This document shows positions 50,701-62,837 of a stretch of DNA of 64,000 nucleotides, in pieces (position 1 is the first letter of the stretch; the number at the start of each line of letters is the position of its first letter). Position numbers and translations under genes: made by a program. The stretch spans positions 124,001-188,000 of the forward strand of contig NIVC01001135.1 of the NCBI GenBank assembly GCA_002269645.1, read 5' to 3'. Below the pieces are notes generated by a model, which was not told where the DNA came from, searched no databases, and was given only the letters and a program-made list of their open reading frames with translations. The DNA comes from Macrostomum lignano. Taxonomy: Eukaryota.

Positions 50701-52689
50701 CCAACCCTGATAGCTCAGGTGTGTTCATGGCGCCAACCCTGATGGGTCAGGTGTGTTCATGGCGCCAACCTTGGTGAGTCAGGTGTGTTTTAGGCGCCAA
50801 CCCTGATGGGTCAGGTGTGTTTTAGGCGCCAACCCTGATGGGTCAGGTGTGTTTTAGGCGCCAACCCTGATGGGTCAGGTGTGTTTTAGGCGCCAACCCT
50901 GATGGGTCAGGTGTGTTTTTGGCACCAACCCTGATGGGTCATGTGTGTTTAAGGCGCCAACCTTGAAGAGTCAGGTGTGTTTTAGGCGCCAACCTTGATG
51001 GGTCAGGTGTGTTTTAGGCGCCAACCTTGATGGGTCAGGTGTGTTTTAGGCGCCAACCTCAATGATCAGTTGTTTTGGCACCAACCCTCAATGATCAGGT
51101 GTTTTTGGCGCCAGTGGTAAAAGAGATAAAACCATTGATTGACCCCTCAATCCGTTCAATCCTAGCTGGATCAGCGCTGCGGTTCCCACCGATGGCGCCG
51201 CTGCCTGCAGACCCTGGAGCTGCTGTGCGACCGAGGCCTGCTGGACTGTCGGGCCGCGCTGGCCTCCCAGGCTGCTGATGGAGACCGGCTTGACGATTGG
51301 CTGGTCGGCAAAGTCGACGCCCGACTGCAGGCGCTCGGCCTGGCGCTGCTGCACCTCCGCTGCCGACTGGAGGGGTCGGCGGTCGCCGGCTCTCAGGTGG
51401 AGCCGCTGATCAGCGCTGTCAGGGTGAGGAACTGTGCGGATGGGATCTTTGTGCCGGGGGAATTTCCTCTGCGCTCATGTGGTTCGGGTTGTTTCTTTGA
51501 ATTCACTCACTCATTGATTGGTGGGCATTTTCTTTGAACTCACTCATTGATTGGTGGGCATTTTCTTTGAACTCACTCATTGATTGGTGGGCATTTTCTT
51601 TGAATTCACTCATTGATTGAGGGGGTATTTTCTTTGAATTCACTCATTGATTGAGAGGGTATTTTCTTTGAATTCACTCATTGATTAATGGGATATTTTC
51701 TTTGAATTCACGCATTGATTAATGGGGTATTTTCTTTGAATTCACTCATTGATTGAGGGGGTATTTTCTTTGAATTCACTCATTGATTGAGGGGATGTTT
51801 TCTTTGAATTCACTCATTGATTGAGGGGATATTTTCTTTGAATTCACTCATTGATTTGAGGGGGGGGGGGTATTTTCTTTGAATTCAATCATAGATTAAA
51901 GGGGTATTTTCTTTGAATTCACTCATTGATTGAGGGGGTTATTTTCTTTGAATTCACTCATTGATTGAGGGGGTTATTTTCTTTTAATTTACTCATTGAT
52001 TGAGGGGGGTATTTTCTTTGAATTCAATGAGTTCAAAGAGGGGGTATTTTCTTTGAATTCACTCATTGATTGAGGGGGTTATTTTCTTTTAATTCACTCA
52101 TTGATTGAGGGGGTATTTTCTTTGAATTCAATCATTGATTAAGGGGGTATTTTCTTTGAATTCAATCATTGGTTGAGGGGTATTTTTTTTTAATTCAATC
52201 ATTGCTTGAGGGGTATTTTCTTTGAATTCAATCATTGGTTGAGGGGGTATTTTCTTTGAATTCATTCATCGATTGAGGGGGTATTTTCTTTGAATTCATT
52301 CATCGATTGAGGGGGTATTTGTTAGATATTTTCTCTGGTTTTCTGATTCCTTGGGGGTATTTTTCCACTAATCCAGAGATTGCCACTCAGCTGCCAGTCG
52401 CGCCCCCACCCGCATCCCCCAGTCGCAGTGCCACTCGTGGCTCGCCAAACCGACCGACTGCGCCGCCGTTCTCCGCCGTCTCCTGCTGCCAATGGCAACC
52501 GTGGCGTCGCCCGGCCTGGCTCTGCTGGTGGCCGAGACCCTCGCCCGGCTGACTGCTCCGGCCGCTTCCGCCGCGGCTGCCGACTGTCGGATGCTGGCCG
52601 ACTTGGCCGAAGGTCTGCGCGGCTCCAACTGGCTCCGGGATCCCGCTGTGCGCAGGGCCGGAGCGCGCCTGCTCGACATGTCGAGCTAG
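44761..52689 (+). CDS. Unidentified Leu/Ala-rich alpha-helical (ARM/HEAT-like) protein, >900 aa; exons 44761-44937, 45141-45979, 47517-47961, 48616-48899, 49388-49865, 51166-51423, ~52423-52689; start exon not found
   Basis: GC-rich exons with GT-AG boundaries; phases 0,2,0,2,0,0 join into one stop-free frame ending WLRDPAVRRAGARLLDMSS*. The last acceptor is uncertain (52423 or 52429). No family motif recognised. Confidence 0.8.
46145..47370. repeat. 27-bp minisatellite with internal hairpin
   Basis: Unit gggatctgtatgatcccagtaggatta. Confidence 0.98.
48045..48570. repeat. ~16-bp minisatellite (intronic)
   Basis: Unit gctggtaaagcttcga. Confidence 0.95.
49075..49245. repeat. 21-bp G-rich minisatellite (intronic)
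   Basis: Unit gagggtcgggcagaggggaat. Confidence 0.9.
49890..51110. repeat. 32-bp minisatellite (intronic)
   Basis: Unit caggtgtgttcatggcgccaaccctgatagct. Confidence 0.97.
51490..52325. repeat. ~33-bp minisatellite (intronic)
   Basis: Unit attttctttgaattcactcattgattgagggggt with variable G-run. Confidence 0.95.
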
Positions 52690-52849
52690 GGATAATTTTT
52701 CCCTTTTTAACTGATTATTAATATTGCTTTCATTGTGATTATCGAATGGGATTATAATCGCATTTATTTTAGAAATGCACGTATCGAATCTTAATAATGT
52801 ATTCATTGGGATTTTTGGCTATTTGGGTAAATAAAATAGGGTATTGTGA

Positions 52850-53612
52850 AGATTTTTGGGATCTTTATCCTCAATAGTGATTATGGCATCTTTATCCACA
52901 ATAATTGTTATGGGATCTTTATCCTCAATAGTGATTATGGCATATTTATCCTCAATAATTGTTATAGGATCTTTATCCTCAATAGTGATTATGGCATATT
53001 TATCCTCAATAATTGTTATGGGATCTTTATCCCCAATAGTGATTATGGCATATTTATCCTCAATAATTGTTATGGGATCTTTATCCTCAATAGTGATTAT
53101 GGGATAATTATCCTCAATAATTGTTATGGGATCTCTATCCTCAATAGTGATTATGGGATCTTTATCCTCAATAATTATATGGGATATTTATCCTCAATAA
53201 TTATTATGGTATCTTTATCCTCAATAGTGATTATTGGATATTTATCCTCAATAGTGATTATTGGATATTTATCCTCAATAGTGATTATTGGATATTTATC
53301 CTCAATAGTGATTATTGGATATTTATCCTCAATAGTGATTATTGGATATTTATCCTTAATAGTGATTATTGGATATTTATCCTCAATAGTGATTATGGGA
53401 TATTTATCCTCAATAATTGTTATGGGATCTTTATCCTCAATAATAACTATGGGATATTTATCCTCAATAGTGATTATGGGATATTTATCCTCAATAATTG
53501 TTATGGGATCTTTATCCTCAATAATAACTATGGGATATTTATCCTCAATAGTGATTATTGGATATTTATCCTCAATAATAACTATGGGATCTTTATCCTC
53601 AATAATTTTCAA
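52850..53612. repeat. 27-bp AT-rich minisatellite with alternating variants
   Basis: Units ttatcctcaatagtgattatgggatat / ttatcctcaataattgttatgggatct. Confidence 0.96.
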
Positions 53613-53944
53613 TAAGTACAAACGTGACTTGCATAACTACTGTTCTGTTTATAGATTGCAACTCGCCATTACTCTTGTATTCAGTGTCACGTGATGGCAT
53701 TTTGTTTGCTCAATTACACAGCTCTGCATTGCATACCCCAAATGCATTTTGTAGAATTCAGAGCTCCGAAGTTTTTGGTTCATTTTTTTAGAAATGTCAA
53801 AGCAGTTAGTCTCAGAGTTTGTCATTTAATATCTCAGACTGTCTGCATTAAATAGTGGCGTCTTTAGAGGGTGGGGTTTGTGAGGGTATCTCACTGATGC
53901 TGGATTATTTCTAATGGAGTTACTTATTGTCTGTACTAATTGTC

Positions 53945-54825
53945 CAGTCTGATCCAGTCTGTTCTGTGTGTCCTGTCTGATCCAGTCTGGTCTGTGTGTC
54001 CAGTCTGATCCAGTCTGTTCTGTGTGTCCTGTCTGATCCAGTCTGGTCTGTGTGTCCTGTCTGATCCAGTCTGTTCTGTGTGTCCTGTCTGATCCAGTCT
54101 GGTCTGTGTGTCCTGTCTGATCCAGTCTGGTCTGTGTGTCCTGTCTGATCCAGTCTGGTCTGTGTGTCCTGTCTGATCCAGTCTGGTCTGTGTGTCCTGT
54201 CTGATCCAGTCTGGTCTGTGTGTCCTGTCTGATCCAGTCTGGTCTGTGTGTCCTGTCTGATCCAGTCTGGTCTGTGTGTCCTGTCTGATCCAGTCTGGTC
54301 TGTGTGTCCTGTCTGATCCAGTCTGGTCTGTGTGTCCTGTCTGATCCAGTCTGGTCTGTGTGTCCTGTCTGATCCAGTCTGGTCTGTGTGTCCTGCCTAA
54401 CCAAGTCTGGTCTGTGTGTCCTGTCTGATCCAGTCTGGTCTGTGTGTCCTGTCTGATCCAGTCTGGTCTGTGTGTCCTGTCTGATCCAGTCTGGTCTGTG
54501 TGTCCTGTCTGATCCAGTCTGGTCTGTGTGTCCTGTCTGATCCAGTCTGGTCTGTGTGTCCTGTCTGATCCAGTCTGGTCTGTGTGTCCTGTCTGATCCA
54601 GTCTGGTCTGTGTGTCCTGTCTGATCCAGTCTGGTCTGTGTGTCCTGTCTGATCCAGTCTGGTCTGTGTGTCCTGTCTGATCCAGTCTGGTCTGTGTGTC
54701 CTGTCTGATCCAGTCTGGTCTGTGTCCTGTCTGATCCAGTCTGGTCTGTGTCCTGTCTGATCCAGTCTGGTCTGTGTGTCCTGTCTGACCCAGTCTGGTC
54801 TGTGTGTCCTGTTTGATCCAGTCCT
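53945..54825. repeat. 28-bp minisatellite
   Basis: Unit gtctgatccagtctggtctgtgtgtcct. Confidence 0.98.
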
Positions 54826-55001
54826 TGTCTCTGCCACCCTGTCTAGTCTCTATCTCTATCTAGGTCTGGTTCGTGAAATTTTTCCTACTACAATATGTTC
54901 TGCCCAGAAAAGAACAACCAACAGCTGATAGGGAATGCAGCTCAGACTCCTGATCCAGACTCTCCTCCCCATTAATTCCCCATCAAAATCTCCCGCGCCA
55001 G

Positions 55002-56566
55002 GAGGCCCTGCTGAGCGGCGCCGCAGCGGGCCTGCTAGTGGACCTGTCCCTGTACCCGCTGGACACCCTGAAGACCCGCGCCCAGTCCAGCGCCGGCTTC
55101 TGGTCCTCGGGCGGCCTGCGCGGCCTCTTCCAGGGCGTCTCCGTTGTCTCCCTGCTGTCCATGCCGGGCGCCGCCGTCTTCTTCGTCACCTACGACACTG
55201 GCAAGCGGCGCCGACTGCCTGTGCCGGTCGCCGCTTGCCTCGGCGAAGCCGCCGCCTGCCTCGTCCGCGTGCCCTGCGAGGTGGTGAAGCAGCGCGCCCA
55301 GACCGACCGGCTGGGCCGTCGGCCCTACCGGATCTTCGCCGACTGCCTTCGCGAGGAGGGCCCGGCGGGACTCTACCGAGGCTTTCGCAGCACCATCATC
55401 CGCGAGCTACCCTTCGCCAGCCTGCAGTTCCCGCTGTGGGAGGCCTTGAAGGCTCTGGCCGGGCCGGGCTGGGCTGACAAGCCCGCCACCTCCGCCGCCT
55501 CCGGGTTCGCCGCTGGCGGGCTGGCCGCCTTCCTCACCACCCCGCTGGACGTGGCCAAGACTAGGATTATGTTGGCGTCCAGGTGAGCACTGCGGGTCGA
55601 GACCTTAGTGTCCCATAGATTGGCTGAATTCCCACGTAGGCTAAATGAATTCCCCCTGTAGGCTGAATGAATTCTCCACAGTCTGACTGAATTCCCCCCC
55701 GTAGGCTGACTGAATTCCCCCAGTAGAAGCGCGTGTCCTTGGGGTTGTGAGGTGAGCAGAGCAGGCTGACTGAATTCCCCCCGTAGGCTGACTGAATTCC
55801 CCCCCCCCCGTAGGCTGACTGAATTCCCCCCCGTAGGCTGACTGAATCCCCCCCCGTAGGCTGACTGAATTCCCCCCCGTAGGCTGACTGAATTCCCCCA
55901 GTAGGCTGACTGAATTCCCCCAGTAGGCTGACTGAATTCCCCCCCCGTAGGCTGACTGAATTCCCCCCCGTAGGCTGACTGAATCCCCCCCGTAGGCTGA
56001 CTGAATTCCCCCCCCGTAGGCTGACTGAATTCCCCCAGTAGGCTGACTGAATTCCCCCAGTAGGCTGACTGAATTCCCCTCCCCGTAGGCTGACTGAATT
56101 CCCCCAGTAGGCAGACTGAATTCCCCCAGTAGGCTGACTGAATTCCCCCCCCCGTAGGCTGACTGAATTCCCCCCCGTAGGCTGACTGAATTCCCTCAGT
56201 GGGCTGACTGAATTCCCCCGTAGGCTGACGGAATTCCCTCTGTAGGCAGGCTGAATTGCCCGCAGTCTGGTTGAATTTCCCTCAGCTTAAACGAATTCCC
56301 CATGCTCCATCTGAATTCCCTACAACCCAGTGTACAGCAAGCAATTTAACACAGAGAAACTCTTCTCAACTCCTGTCATTTCAAGCCACGACCGCCTGGC
56401 CTCCGGCAGCGTGCTGGCCGCCCTGTCCACGGTGCACTCGGAGCGCGGCCTGCCGGGCCTGTTCGCCGGGGCGGCGCCGCGAACGGCCATGATTGCCATC
56501 GGCGGCGCCGTGTTTCTTGGCGTCTACGACACCGTGAGACTCCTGCTGAGCAGGCTGGCCAGTTAG
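55002..56566 (+). CDS. SLC25A26: Mitochondrial S-adenosylmethionine carrier; exons 55002-55582, 56386-56566; short start exon unresolved (candidate ATG near 53794)
   Basis: Three carrier motifs YPLDTLKTR, VPCEVVKQR, TTPLDVAKTRIML; GLYRGFRSTIIRELPF; GLFAGAAPRTAMIAIGGAVFLGVYD. Phase-2 intron is consistent. Confidence 0.92.
55615..56310. repeat. ~23-26-bp minisatellite with variable C-run (SLC25A26 intron)
   Basis: Unit gtaggctgactgaattcccccc. Confidence 0.95.
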
Positions 56567-57100
56567 TTATTATTTATCACTTAATTAGTTACTGATAATG
56601 ATCTGCATTTCCATCTTTGAATTTTATTGATTAATTTGGACGGCTCTACTTACAACTACTATGATGATAGCTTGATTTTTGCAACTGTTTAAATAAAATT
56701 GCCTCACTTCTCACTATTTTATTTGTACTTTTTGACTGCGTTGAATACCATTATGACTCGTTTTCGGTTGTGGATTATTGATTTTTTCCTTGTCAAGGCG
56801 GATAAGTTGACAATTGGTATTCCAATATTCATTCTGAGGGGGGAATCATGGTTTCAAACCCACGAGTCTCGCGGCCCCTGGTTCGACTCCTTGCGCGGCC
56901 ACATTCATTTGGGGCTGATGTGCACGAAAATTGGCCGTGAGGGCAGGCCACCAAGGCACAGAGAGAGTGTACATGCCGGATGATTAGACAGTCAGGGCCG
57001 CTGTACACCCGTGTGTGCGCTGGTTGTGGGGCGTTGCGCCCGTTCCTGCAAACACATGACCGTATAATCGACCTTCGAATTCCAATACTTTGGGGGAATC

Positions 57101-59490
57101 ATGGTTAAGGTAATGTTTCTCATGCTAAAGCGCCTGTTCGCCTGTGGATAAATCTTGTGGTGCATATCAGCGTTGTCTACTATCAGTAGTCTAAAAAGCA
57201 TGTCAATTGACATTTTCAGCAGGCATCGGTCGGTGTTTATCACTACAGTCGGCGGCTCCAGCCGCTTCGCTGCGAGTTCTGCGGCGGCGTCGGTCGGTTC
57301 TCCGACATTGTGTCACTCAGCCGGCTGACTGTCGCTGACTACGAGGCCCTGTTAAACCGCGGCTGGCGTCGAAGCGCCAGCAGGGTGTACCGGCTGCGGC
57401 CGGACCTGACCTGCTGCGCCAAGTTCCCAATGCGTCACCTGGTCGATGCGTTCCGGCCTAGCCGGAGCCAGCGGCGCTGTCTGAGGCGATTCGCCGGCGC
57501 TCTGTTTGGCAGCGCGCCAGTTGGGCCCGCTGGTGATTCCGATTTGCCAACCGGAAGGGGAGCCAACTATCAAACCGGAAGTGAAACCAACTATCAAACC
57601 GGAAGTGAAACCAACTATCAAACCGGAAGTGAAACCAACTATCAAACCGGAAGTGAAACCAACTATCAAACCGGAAGTGAAACCAACTATCAAACCGGAA
57701 GTGAAACCAACTATCAAACTGGAAGTGAAACCAACTATCAAACCGGAAGTGAAACCAACTATCAAACCGGAAGTGAAACCAACTATCAAACCGGAAGTGA
57801 AACCAACTATCAAACCGGAAGTGAAACCAACTATCAAACCGGAAGTGAAACCAACTATCAAACCGGAAGTGAAACCAACTATCAAACCGGAAGTGAAACC
57901 AACTATCAAACTGGAAGTGAAACCAACTATCAAACCGGAAGTGAAACCAACTATCAAACCGGAAGTGAAACCAACTATCAAACCGGAAGTGAAACCAACT
58001 ATCAAACCGGAAGTGAAACCAACTATCAAACCGGAAGTGGAACCAACTATCAAACCGGAAGTGAAAATATTTTACATTTTATCAGCAGCCGGATGCGCCC
58101 CGGAAAGGCCCGCTACAAGCGCTGGTCAGCCGGACTCGATGCACTGCGCGCCCGAGCCGGCGCCCTCGGCCAATCCGCCGACGCTCTGCTCGCCGAGCGC
58201 GCCAACCGTTGGCGCCGTCGTCGCGAGCTTCGCCAGCGCCGCCAGTCGGCGCCCAGCCTAGCCGAACTCGTCGACCCGCTGATGATTGGCGGTCCAGGCG
58301 GCCGCGGTCGCCTCCTGTGGCGCCTGGTGCCGTCGGACAGCCAGCTGGCCATCAGCTCCGGACACGCCTGCTACTCCGCCTACCAGTGCGCCGTCCACGG
58401 CGACTCCCCGGCCGACTGCGGCGAGGCCAAGTTCCGCCGATTTCTCTGCCTCAGTCCGCTGGCGGCGGAGGCGGCGGAGGCTGAGACCGACGTCCAGTGG
58501 CCGAAGGGATCCCACCATTCCCAGCTGCTGCTGGATGGCCGCCTGATCGGCGTTGACGTCATCGACATTCTTGACAGGTTTGTTGGCGGGGACAGAGCGA
58601 CCACACTAGCAGCTGCCTCTGCCATTCTCAAAGCTGCCACTCAGCCAGTTAAAAACTCCCCTCAGCCCCTCATCTACACTGAGAATCGCCCCTCAACCAC
58701 ACTGAGAATCGCCCCTCATCTACACTGAGAATCGCCCCTCAACCACACTGAGAATCGCCCCTCAACCGCACTGAGAATCGCCCCTCAACCGCACTGAGAA
58801 TCGCCCCTCAACCACACTGAGAATCGCCCCTCATCTACACTGAGAATCGCCCCTCATCTACACTGAGAATCGCCCCTCAACCACACTGAGAATCGCCCCT
58901 CAACCACACTGAGAATCGCCCCTCATCTACACTGAGAATCGCCCCTCAACCACACTGAGAATCGCCCCTCAACCACACTGAGAATCGCCCCTCATCTACA
59001 CTGAGAATCGCCCCTCAACCACACTGAGAATCGCCCCTCAACCGCACTGAGAATCGCGCCTCAACCACACTCCCTCAGCACCGTCTCCTCCGCCTACTTC
59101 TTTTTCGACCCGGCCTTCAAGCGCCTGCAGCTGGGCAAGGTCAGCGCCCTGCTGCAGCTGCGCCGCCTGCAGGGACACCCGAGGCTGAGGCACTACACCA
59201 TGGGCTCATACTCCCCGCTGTCTGTTAAGCTGGCCTACAAGGCGGAGTTTCAGCCGGCGCAGATCATGTGCCCCATCGCTCTGCGCTGGCTTCCATTCGA
59301 CAGAGACTATCGCTGTCGGCTTGAGGCCGGTCAGCTCAGAGGTCTCTATGCCGACCTCGGGGGTGCCGATGATGACGCTGAGGTTGGCGACTCCTCGGAC
59401 TCTGACGGTGTTCGGCGGGCTGGGCTGCGCCGGTTCGCCAGACTGGCTGGGCAGCAGTGCGCCTCTCGCTTTCGGCTGCTTGTTGACTGA
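57101..59490 (+). CDS. ATE1: Arginyl-tRNA--protein transferase 1; exons 57101-57109, 57220-58577 (possibly split by an intron 57504-58085), 59079-59490
   Basis: RCEFC, LTVADYEALLNRGWRRS, TCCAKF, YQCAVHGD...FRRFLCLSPL, LDGRLIGVDVIDIL, SSAYFFFDP...LG..SAL, YTMGSY...KLAYKAEFQP...CP. Phases are consistent. Micro first exon MVK|GTAATG is inferred. Confidence 0.93.
57550..58065 (+). repeat. 24-bp minisatellite (~21 units) in frame with ATE1 (TGSETNYQ)n
   Basis: Unit accggaagtgaaaccaactatcaa. Confidence 0.98.
58655..59070. repeat. 23-bp minisatellite in ATE1 intron
   Basis: Unit cacactgagaatcgcccctcaac. Confidence 0.97.
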
Positions 59491-59504
59491 TGGAGGTCAG
59501 AGAT

Positions 59505-59990
59505 GGAAGAGAGAGGGTGTGAAGGGAGAGGGGGTGAAGAGAGAGGGGTGAAAGAGAGAGGGGTGAAGGGAAAGGGTGTGAAGGGAGAGGAGTGAAGGGA
59601 GAGAGGTGAAGGTAGAGGGGTGAAGGGAGAGGAGTGAAGGGAGAGGGGTGAAGGGAGAGGGGTGAAGGGAGAGGGTTGAAGGGAGAGGAGTGAAGGGAGA
59701 GGGTTGAAGGGAGAGGGGTGAAGGGAGAGGGGTGAATCGAGAGGAGTGAAGGGAGAGGAGTGAAGGGAGAGGGGTGAAGGGAGAGGGGTGAAGGGAGAGG
59801 TGTGAAGGGAGAGGCGTGAAGGGAGAGGGGTGAAGGGAGAGGAGTGAAGGGAGAGGGGGGAAGGGAGAGGGGGAAGGGAGAGGGGTGAAGGGAGAGGGGT
59901 GAAGGGAGATATGGTGAAGGGAGAGGGTGTGAACGGAGAGGCGGGTGAACAGAGAGGCGGGTGAAGGCAGAGAGAGTGAAGAGACAGAAG
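59505..59990. repeat. Purine-rich ~15-17-bp degenerate repeat
   Basis: Recurrent ggggtgaagggagag. Confidence 0.9.
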
Positions 59991-60417
59991 ATGAAGCGAT
60001 TCCCTAGTCAACATGGATTCATGCACAGCTTATTCCGGTTTTATCCAATGTGTTTGCAGTCCATACCGTCAAACTGATAGAGCTACAATGTAAATTCATT
60101 AACAAAATCAATCAAAAAAATAATAAACGAAAGAAGAAATTAATATGTTGATTTTTACTATTTTAAAGCAACGAACAAAAGCGCTCATTTAAAAAAATGG
60201 TTTGTTATATTTCTCTTGTCTTCTTGACTTTCTATGAAATGCGCTACAAAGCCGGAAAAAATCAAATATCGAGCATGCAACTAAAAGCGATGATTTGGAA
60301 GCAATAAAGTTTATAAAACCATTGCAGCAGCTACAGCACTTCTATTGTGTAAAAAGTAACAAGCCGTAAATCACATTAATTGCCATTCTAGAAAGCGACT
60401 ACATTTCTGGGTGGGAA

Positions 60418-60817
60418 AATCTGTCAGACTCCACAGCTTCCACCCCATAGATCTGTCAGACTCCACAGCTTCCACCCCATAGATCTGTCAGACTCCACAG
60501 CTTCCACCCCATAGATCTGTCAGACTCCACAGCTTCCACCTCATAGATCTGTCAGACTACACAGCTTCCACCCCATAGATCTGTCAGACTCCACAGCTTC
60601 CACCCCATAGATCTGTCAGACTCCACAGCTTCCACCCCATAGATCTGTCAGACTCCACAGCTTCCACCCCATAGATCTGTCAGACTCCACAGCTTCCACC
60701 CCATAGATCTGTCAGACTCCACAGCTTCCACCCCATAGATCTGTCAGACTCCACAGCTTCCACCCCATAGATCTGTCAGACTCCACAGCTTCGACCCCAT
60801 AGATCTGTCAGACTCCA
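60418..60817. repeat. 32-bp minisatellite
   Basis: Unit ctgtcagactccacagcttccaccccatagat. Confidence 0.97.
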
Positions 60818-61005
60818 GAACCCCGTCAGCAGAATACTCTCAGCGCAATGTCAGCGCCGGCTCGGTGCGCAAATCCCGAGCCCGTTGACGCCCAGTCGGT
60901 GGCTGCGCTCCCCCAGCCACACCTGGCTGGCCGCCTGCCGCGCCCGCTCGCTTCGGAACGTGTCCAGCCTCGGCTGCACCGTGGCCAGCTTTCGGCTTTT
61001 AGGCC

Positions 61006-61709
61006 TCAGACAGGCTGCCGCTGTTGCCGGCGCAGAAGAACTGCTCGGTTTCCCAGGGCCAATTCAGTGACTTTGCTCTGCTGCTGCTGTTCCTGGCCTC
61101 CCTGGCGTTGAAAAATTCGTGTATGATTGATTAGCCATTTTCTACAGTTGATCTGCTACACAGCTACCTTTGAATGAGAATTTTTCTTAGTCATTTTCTT
61201 TACTTGCTACTTAGTATGAGTAGTGTACTGGTCCATCAAGATCAGGCACTTTTCTTCAGTCAACTTTCGCCTTACCTGAGCAGCTCCGTCGAGTCTGTCA
61301 GCAGAGATGAACTTGTTGGTCAGCAGCTGCTGCACAGAGTCGCCAAATCTGTTGAGTTTTTGTAGGAAATAAAATGTGCAGGTATGAGGCCGATAGAACA
61401 TCATGTACTTTAGTTATTGATACGACATTCCTTACTTGGTCTTGTTGCCATGGCAACGCTCGTGCCGCTGCTGCCGAATCAGTCCGCATTCAACAGTTCT
61501 GCGATTCGATTCGATGAAGTTTTTCTGCAGGCAGCGTTTTGGCCGAATGAGCAGCGACTGCAGGCTGGACTCGATGATGGAGCGGGAGTCTGCGTGGGGT
61601 CGACATGCAGTATTACATCAACAACAATTTTATATCAAAATATAATTTTACCTTTTTGGGTCCGAGTTGATTGGTCTATTTGGCCGGGTTCGCTCCGAAT
61701 ATCATCCAT
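61006..61709 (-). CDS. Small unidentified multi-exon gene; exons 61709-61652, 61589-61436, 61348-61276, last exon uncertain (e.g. 61101-61006)
   Basis: ATG follows tttcag|aaaaaa. Donors GTAAAA, GTAAGG, GTAAGG. Phases 1 and 2 match CAG acceptors, giving MDDIRSEPGQ...SIIESSLQSLLIRPKRCLQKNFIESNRRTV...FGDSVQQLLTNKF. Confidence 0.6.
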
Positions 61710-62805
61710 TTTTTTCTGAAACAATTGACAGTCCATAGTTTGTGAGTTTTGTTTAAATATGCTGGTCAGATGATTTACACAAAATTTTAAATGAAAATGA
61801 CAAGATGACCTGGCACCTGGGGAAAATTGATTTAAATTTCTGATAGAGCCAATGATTTTAATTGCATTGCTATTATATTTATAATCATAAAATAAATTTG
61901 TTTTAACTTTCTCAAAATGTCTTATCACTATAATATATCTATACAACTAATATATATTATTTGTATAAAATGTAAAATATTAACATATTCGATTTAAAAT
62001 TATAAAGGACAGAACACAAGTTGCTAGCTAAAATATAACCGACTAGATAAATTTCACCTATGATAATAAATAAACATTACTTTTTTGCAGATGAATGATT
62101 CTTAGAAATATTGCTTTTTAGTATGTGCATCTCGTGCGTGTAGGTTTACCTCAGAGTCCTGACCTTTTTAAAATAAAGTTTAATTTTGCAATAAAAGATT
62201 CTCTGATTCTTTAAAAACTTAAAAGCACCCGCTCAGACCCCTAAAACGGTGGATTAAATTTCCGATTGCGATTGAACATCATTTATAAAAAAACTGCTTA
62301 CTTGCTCAATGTTCTTCTCAGGAGTCCCAGACGATAAAAGTGATTTAAGTGAAGTGTAGCTCATATGTTAAAATGATCGCATCTACGATATAACTAATTA
62401 TGTGTAGTCGTATGTGTTCTAATTCATATGAAAGCTTTAAAATGTATAGTATGTTCATTACATAAACTAAAATTTATTTACTTGGAATAATAGAGGGCCA
62501 GGTAATAAGCAGAATTAGGAATCTATTTGTTATACGAGTATTTCTTGTTCAAATAATAATTAATTCTTAATTATCCGTAGATTTGGCAATAACATGTACG
62601 AGCGTATGTTTTCAATCAGAAACGGCAATAATTATCTGCTTTGCAACTGATCGCCTGCGCAGAAGTGTTCCATTATGAGTGTATAAATAAAATTAACAGT
62701 TTATTTATTCATCATTGATTTAGTAATTAACAATTCCAATCTGTGTTCAAACGAATCATGAAGAATGTGTATACTGTATAGTATGTTGTAACTACATTGT
62801 ATACA

Positions 62806-62837
62806 CAATAACAACAACAACAACAACAACAACAACA
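62806..62837. repeat. (CAA)n tract abutting the LINE 5' end
   Basis: Direct. Confidence 0.95.

Noticed and set aside
56815-57108. tRNA/SINE-like B box (GGTTCGACTCC, 56880-56890) between two imperfect copies of attccaata..gggggaatcatggtt
   Set aside because: The T-stem does not pair and there is no A box or cloverleaf; the short duplication has no evident consequence.
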